Below, in pieces: positions 58,868-64,000 of a stretch of DNA of 64,000 nt. Numbering within the stretch: position 1 is the first letter of the stretch; each line of letters begins with the position of its first letter. The position numbers and the translations under genes were made by a program. The stretch comes from Blastocystis sp. Blastoise (taxonomy: Eukaryota > Protista > Bigyra: Opalinata). The notes under the pieces are model-generated. The model made no database searches and was not told where the DNA came from. It saw only the letters and a list, made by a program, of their open reading frames with translations. The DNA lies in the NCBI GenBank assembly GCA_039096225.1, contig JBBPEB010000013.1, positions 1,178,001 through 1,242,000 of the forward strand, written 5' to 3'.

Positions 58868-60877
58868 TTATTCTTTATTCATTATTTTTATTATTTTTTA
58901 TTTGTTTTTATTCGTTTCTCTAAGTTTTTTTATAAAATTACGCTGTTTATTATAAATTATATATACTAAAAACTTATTCGATTAGAACAATTTTATATTA
59001 ACTCATTTATTATTAAAAACACTTTATAAGTAATTTTTTAACTATATGAAATGTTATAAATGCATGTACTTACTAATTAATATATAAAATAATAAATTTC
59101 ACACTTACATAACAAATTAATAAAATTTCGAAACCTAAATTGATATTTTAGTAATCATTTTATTTTTATTTACTTTAACAAGCAATCTATGTTAAGTATT
59201 TCAATGATTTATCAATTTTTAAAAGCTAATAAAATTTCAAGAAGAACATTTTTTCTTCTATTAGTACATTCTTGCATAAAAAAATCTAAAAAAATGATAT
59301 ATTATCCATAATAATTATTTTTATTGATTTTTAAAGACGACTCCCTTACACCATTAACATAATGTTTTATATTATTGACAGTTATTGACAAGAATAAATA
59401 TCCAATGTAATTCTAGCTTCATTTGAATACTATATAACCATAAAAATGGTTATCAAGTAACTAATTCAAATATGATTTTTTACAATAATTGAATGTTTTT
59501 CATGGATAATATTTCAATATGCTGTTTATCAATGTTTCATCATAAAAAAAATAGATTTAGCAAGTCACATTAAAAGTATCTAACACACAATCATAATTTT
59601 TCATATACGAATATGTTCATATCTCTTCAATTACCCTATAAAACAATTTAAAAATAATATTTAAATGAAACAAGGCATAAAAGTTTTAAATGAAACAAAA
59701 GCGAACAAATTCAAAGAATGGGCAAAACAAACAATAGAATTTTCACCTCTTGTTTAATTTTTAGTATAAATTATATAATTGTTTAATAATTAATATATTT
59801 AAATATATATTTGTGTGCGGTATTATGTATGAATACTTTTATAATGGTTCAAAATGTAATAATGTACATAATTTGATAATGTTCATTTTATTATTTTGCT
59901 TTTGAGTTTAATCGGATTCATTTTTATTTTAATTAATCGATAAAAAACTCTTTTATGACTATATTATAAATATATTAGATAATTGATTCATTGTTTTGTG
60001 TATGAATCTATTAAGTTTCTCAGATTTTATTGGAATTTTATGAAAGAAGTCTATTTTTATAAAATATATATGTTCTAGAGATCTAAAAAATATTATTTTT
60101 TCTCATTAGAGTGAATTGAATAAACTCGTTTTTAAAAAGTCTATATATTTTACAGAAAATATCAGATTATATAGTAGATTTTAGAGTATATTATTTAAAA
60201 ATATAGTTGTCTGTCATTTCGATCTCCTGATTGTTATATAATTTTTAGGATTCCTGAAAGAATAAATATGCTCTTCAATAAACTCATACATTTATAGGTT
60301 AGACATGTAAAATAAATGAAGTTAAATTCCATTTAGTTGTTCTTTTGTTTTTGAATTTCTATAAGATTTGTGTTTTGTTAATATGCAACTAGATAAAAAT
60401 ATATCTACATATATTTTAGGATTAAAAATTATTGTTTATTTTCTAAAATAGTTCTATTTGCTGATATCAAATCCTGACTTCAAGACAAGTAACTGGTTCT
60501 AAAGTATTATATTATATTAGCAATAAATTTCTTTGAATAAAACCTATGACTTTTTCTTGTTCAAAGTATTAAACTATTTTTTGGAAATCTTTACAAATAA
60601 TCTACATATTTATATTAAAAACTATACATATAAAATAAAAAGATGATGAAGCTATTTATTTACTAAATTATAAATGCTGTTTGTATGCAATTAAACTCTA
60701 GATGACAGCGGCAATTATCTTTTTTTGATCTGTAATAAAGAAAAAAAGTATTTCTCTGCGATTTAATAAGGATTTAGAACAAATAGAAATTCTTGAACTA
60801 GATCCTTTGATAGTATTTACAGGACAGAAGAAATTGAAAAAAGAAAACACGAAGACATTTTTTATTTCTTTTATATC

Positions 60878-61202
60878 ATGCAAATTATTATTAAAGTATT
60901 TATAAATGATCTAAACAATAGCGAAATATGTTTATCTATAGACTCTTACTGATCGTAGACGTGAATTCAATGTCGAAGATAATGTCACTGTATATTCTAT
61001 AGCATTTTGAAAGTATAATTTGATTATTTAGATATCACAATTGAAGGATAGTTTAGCTGACAGAGAGGGTGTTTCAAAACAACAGTTTCGTCTTCTCGTC
61101 AATGGAAAAGTCATGGCAGAAAATGAAACGTTAAATAGTTACAAAATTAAGAGTGGAACTGTTATTAATATGATTCTTATTTTAAGAGGTGGTCAATTTT
61201 AA
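60878..61202 (+). CDS. NEDD8/Rub1-like ubiquitin-like modifier, two introns
   Basis: Not in the ORF track. Splices to MQIIIK|TLTDRRREFNVEDNVT|ISQLKDSLADREGVSKQQFRLLVNGKVMAENETLNSYKIKSGTVINMILILRGG-QF*: exactly 76 aa to the di-Gly plus a 2-aa propeptide. The EG at 34-35, GKxM and non-Arg residue 72 are NEDD8-like rather than ubiquitin-like. Confidence 0.82.
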
Positions 61203-61519
61203 ATATATTAGTTGTTCTCTATGTTTTATTTTATATGCTCTATTTATGCATGCCAATATTTTTGCTGAATTCATAATGGTTTTGGTTCCTCATTTTGTTT
61301 TATTGAGTTTTTATCCAACATATGATCACTACACTTTTAAATGAATGATTGCTTTAGTGCAGCTATAAGTGTGAATGATTACAGATAAAATAACAAGAAA
61401 AAAAAGGGATTAATAAAAACTAGTTAATCCATTCTTTTCATAAATGTCATAAATCGTATTTCTTTTTATATGTTACGAGAATACATTAGAAAATAATTAA
61501 GAAAAAAAATTATAAAATA

Positions 61520-64000
61520 ATGAATAGGACAAGTTCAATTTTAGAAGCAAAAAGTCTTTAAAAAGTGTGTATTATAAAGAACAACATAGTCAATAAGGAA
61601 ACCTCTTTTCTTAAGTAGAGAATAGTATTATCCTAGAAGCTTTGGGTCATTTTGTCTCTTTATTCTTTGAGGACAAGTGCAACGATTAGTTTGGAAACAA
61701 TTACTACTCATGTATATAATCTTTTGAAAGATAGAATTAAAAGAGAAAATAGCCACTAAATTCATGATTTATTGATGAAATCCAATAATATGGTTTTGTT
61801 ATATTAAAGTTCATGGAAAATGCAGGAATATTCTAGAAAATGGATGGTTGTGATTCATTAGATTAAAGTATAAATCATTTTCTTTTATTTGCTTGTTGAA
61901 ATAGTTGCGAAATTATTATCGCGATGCGAAGAATGAAAGTTTTGAAAGGTATTTCATCTGAATATACGAGAAAATCCGGCAATATGTCGTTCATAGGAAG
62001 CCATGCAATAATAAATAGTGTATGGAGCCAAGTAACGACAAAATATACGATTTATTTTCGTATCGGTTACCGTTCATGGCGTGTAACCCGCTGGAGATTC
62101 TTCTACATTTGCAAATGCAATTCTCTATTTTTATATTTCTTTAGAAAAATAACCCTTAGTGTAAGTGACAATTATCTATGTTTTAATGGGAATTGATGAT
62201 TGGATTCGCCCCTATCATATTATTCTGATGAGAGCCAAGTCCTCTACTACTTATCTGATCCCAAAACTATCTTATTATGATAGAAGAGTTGAGAATTCAA
62301 ATTCAAATAACAATAAGTATGCATATATTATTAATTTTTGTATTATAATTTATCCGATGATGATTATCGCCGCCCCAGTCCTACATAAACTGCGGATAAA
62401 ATGCGATTCCATTTCTGAATGAATATTTTATAATTATTAAAAGCATTTTTTTAAAATTATTCTATAGAAATATATTCTTATTGTTGTTTTATTATAGGTA
62501 TGTATTTGTGAATGATATAATATGTTGTTTTAATTGTTTTGGATTCGACTGCTTTATACTGGCTTTGATTTCATTGATGTTGATTGTTTTAAAATGATAC
62601 ATAAATTAATTGAAGCCTAGAGGAATATGTCTTCTTCGCAGTGAATCTTCATTCAATGAATTTATCATTAGTAGAAGTCTAATATTCTATATACAGGCTT
62701 GAATGGAAAATCATTTTGATACTTCTTGTTTATTGCTTTTAGGTATGTAGATAAATATTTTATAACTTAAGCATATTTAACCACAATGTATATTATTATA
62801 AATGATATGCTTTGCAAATGAATATGCAAGAGCGTTCTTTTATAATATCATGCTATTAATTCATTTTATATTCTATTAATTTATGATGTATACTAAGATA
62901 TATTTTTTATAGATTATAATGGTTTGAAGATCTCTATGTGTATGTATTTATGCTTGAAATATGTTCTTATTATGAGAAGAATGAAGGGCGTTGATTATAT
63001 TGATAGTTCTTAGAGTCACCAAATCAGTGAGGACCATTTACTATCACCACCCATTGACTGAGCCCTTTTATTTCTTTATTGGTTCCCTTGATATATTGAT
63101 CTGGAATTATTCTATACGACATTATGTTGTCAGTTCTTAATGAATTTTGTATGTATAGAATGTTACTTGCATATCAAGTAGATTCATTTTGAACGAATTT
63201 CATATGAGTATGTATCTAGATTTATATAATTATTGTATTCTTTGATGAGACTTCATGCACCACTCCTATGGATTTTATACTCTGTATAAACCATATGCGG
63301 ATTATGAATGTCTGAGAACACTTATAAACTTTGGATTCATTGTTAAGTTAATTATTTTATATGTACTGTAATTAACAGAAAAGATCCAAAGAGTGTTTGT
63401 TCCGAGGGATTGACTATATACTATATTATATTTTCTTTTTCAAAGGTTTCATATATTTATTTTACTTTTATTTAGATTTCATTACTGGATGATTGGATTT
63501 CAAATGCCTATTGGTTGAAGTGAGAGCTAATGTATGTATTTATCGTTATTATTATTATTTTTTTGCTTTTTTTTCTTTTTTATTTATTTTGTTTTCCTCT
63601 GATGAGTTAAGGATTTATGAGTATAAGATATTTCGTCTTATATATAATGACAACAATATTTAAGTCTCTGAGGATCCTTGAGGATGTCATAGTTGTGTAA
63701 GATACTTGCTTTTTTTAATTTAAAAAAAAAATTATTGGCAAAATATCTAAGGAACTATGCAAAATCCATCTGTCTTTTTGTTTGTCTTGTTTATTATAAG
63801 TTAATCTTATGCCGAATAGAAAAATAAAAGATATATTTATATAGTGTGGGTGATATATGTTGTTCTCGTTGTGTTTATGCTGCTATATAAAGTATGTGAA
63901 GATATTCATTTGTATTGAAATATACTTGTTGATGATGCAGTCTATTACATCTTCGAATATGGTTAATGTCCTATTCGAAGACCATGAGACATGCTAGACA
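61520..64000 (+). pseudogene. Degraded coding-like region, possibly a relic of an ABCA-type transporter N-terminus
   Basis: Higher sequence complexity than flanking intergenic DNA; fragments GQVQRLVWKQLLL (61675-61710) and YYSDESQVLYYL; I could not splice a continuous frame. Confidence 0.25.

Noticed and set aside
58868-60877. 2-kb gap, and the 1.6-kb gap at 49253-50868, as possible transposon remnants
   Set aside because: No terminal repeats, transposase or RT motifs, or substantial ORFs visible.

Overview
Extremely AT-rich, intron-dense eukaryotic DNA with short GT-AG introns filled with (TA)n/(TAT)n microsatellites. The gene style suggests a protist, possibly a low-GC Blastocystis-like stramenopile (inference only). 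Most short ORFs in the supplied track are exon fragments or microsatellite artefacts, so I assembled genes by splicing manually. Left half (1-28 kb) is housekeeping: RTRAF, proteasome alpha-6/PSMA1, an SLC35A nucleotide-sugar transporter with a U12-type AT-AC intron, a possible Nsl1 kinetochore subunit, a very long TMEM131-like gene, a PMCA-type Ca2+-ATPase with a Cys/His-rich insertion, a Reb1/TTF1-like Myb protein and an orphan ORF. Right half (28.4-58.9 kb) is a 30-kb array of nine genes from two interleaved families that both appear to start with KCTD-type BTB-like domains: four BTB-BTB-TLDc genes and five intron-rich BTB + degenerate LRR-like genes, mostly in alternating orientation. The array shows mosaic sequence exchange and intron presence/absence differences. 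It is followed by a divergent NEDD8-like gene missed by the ORF track and a degraded coding-like tail.
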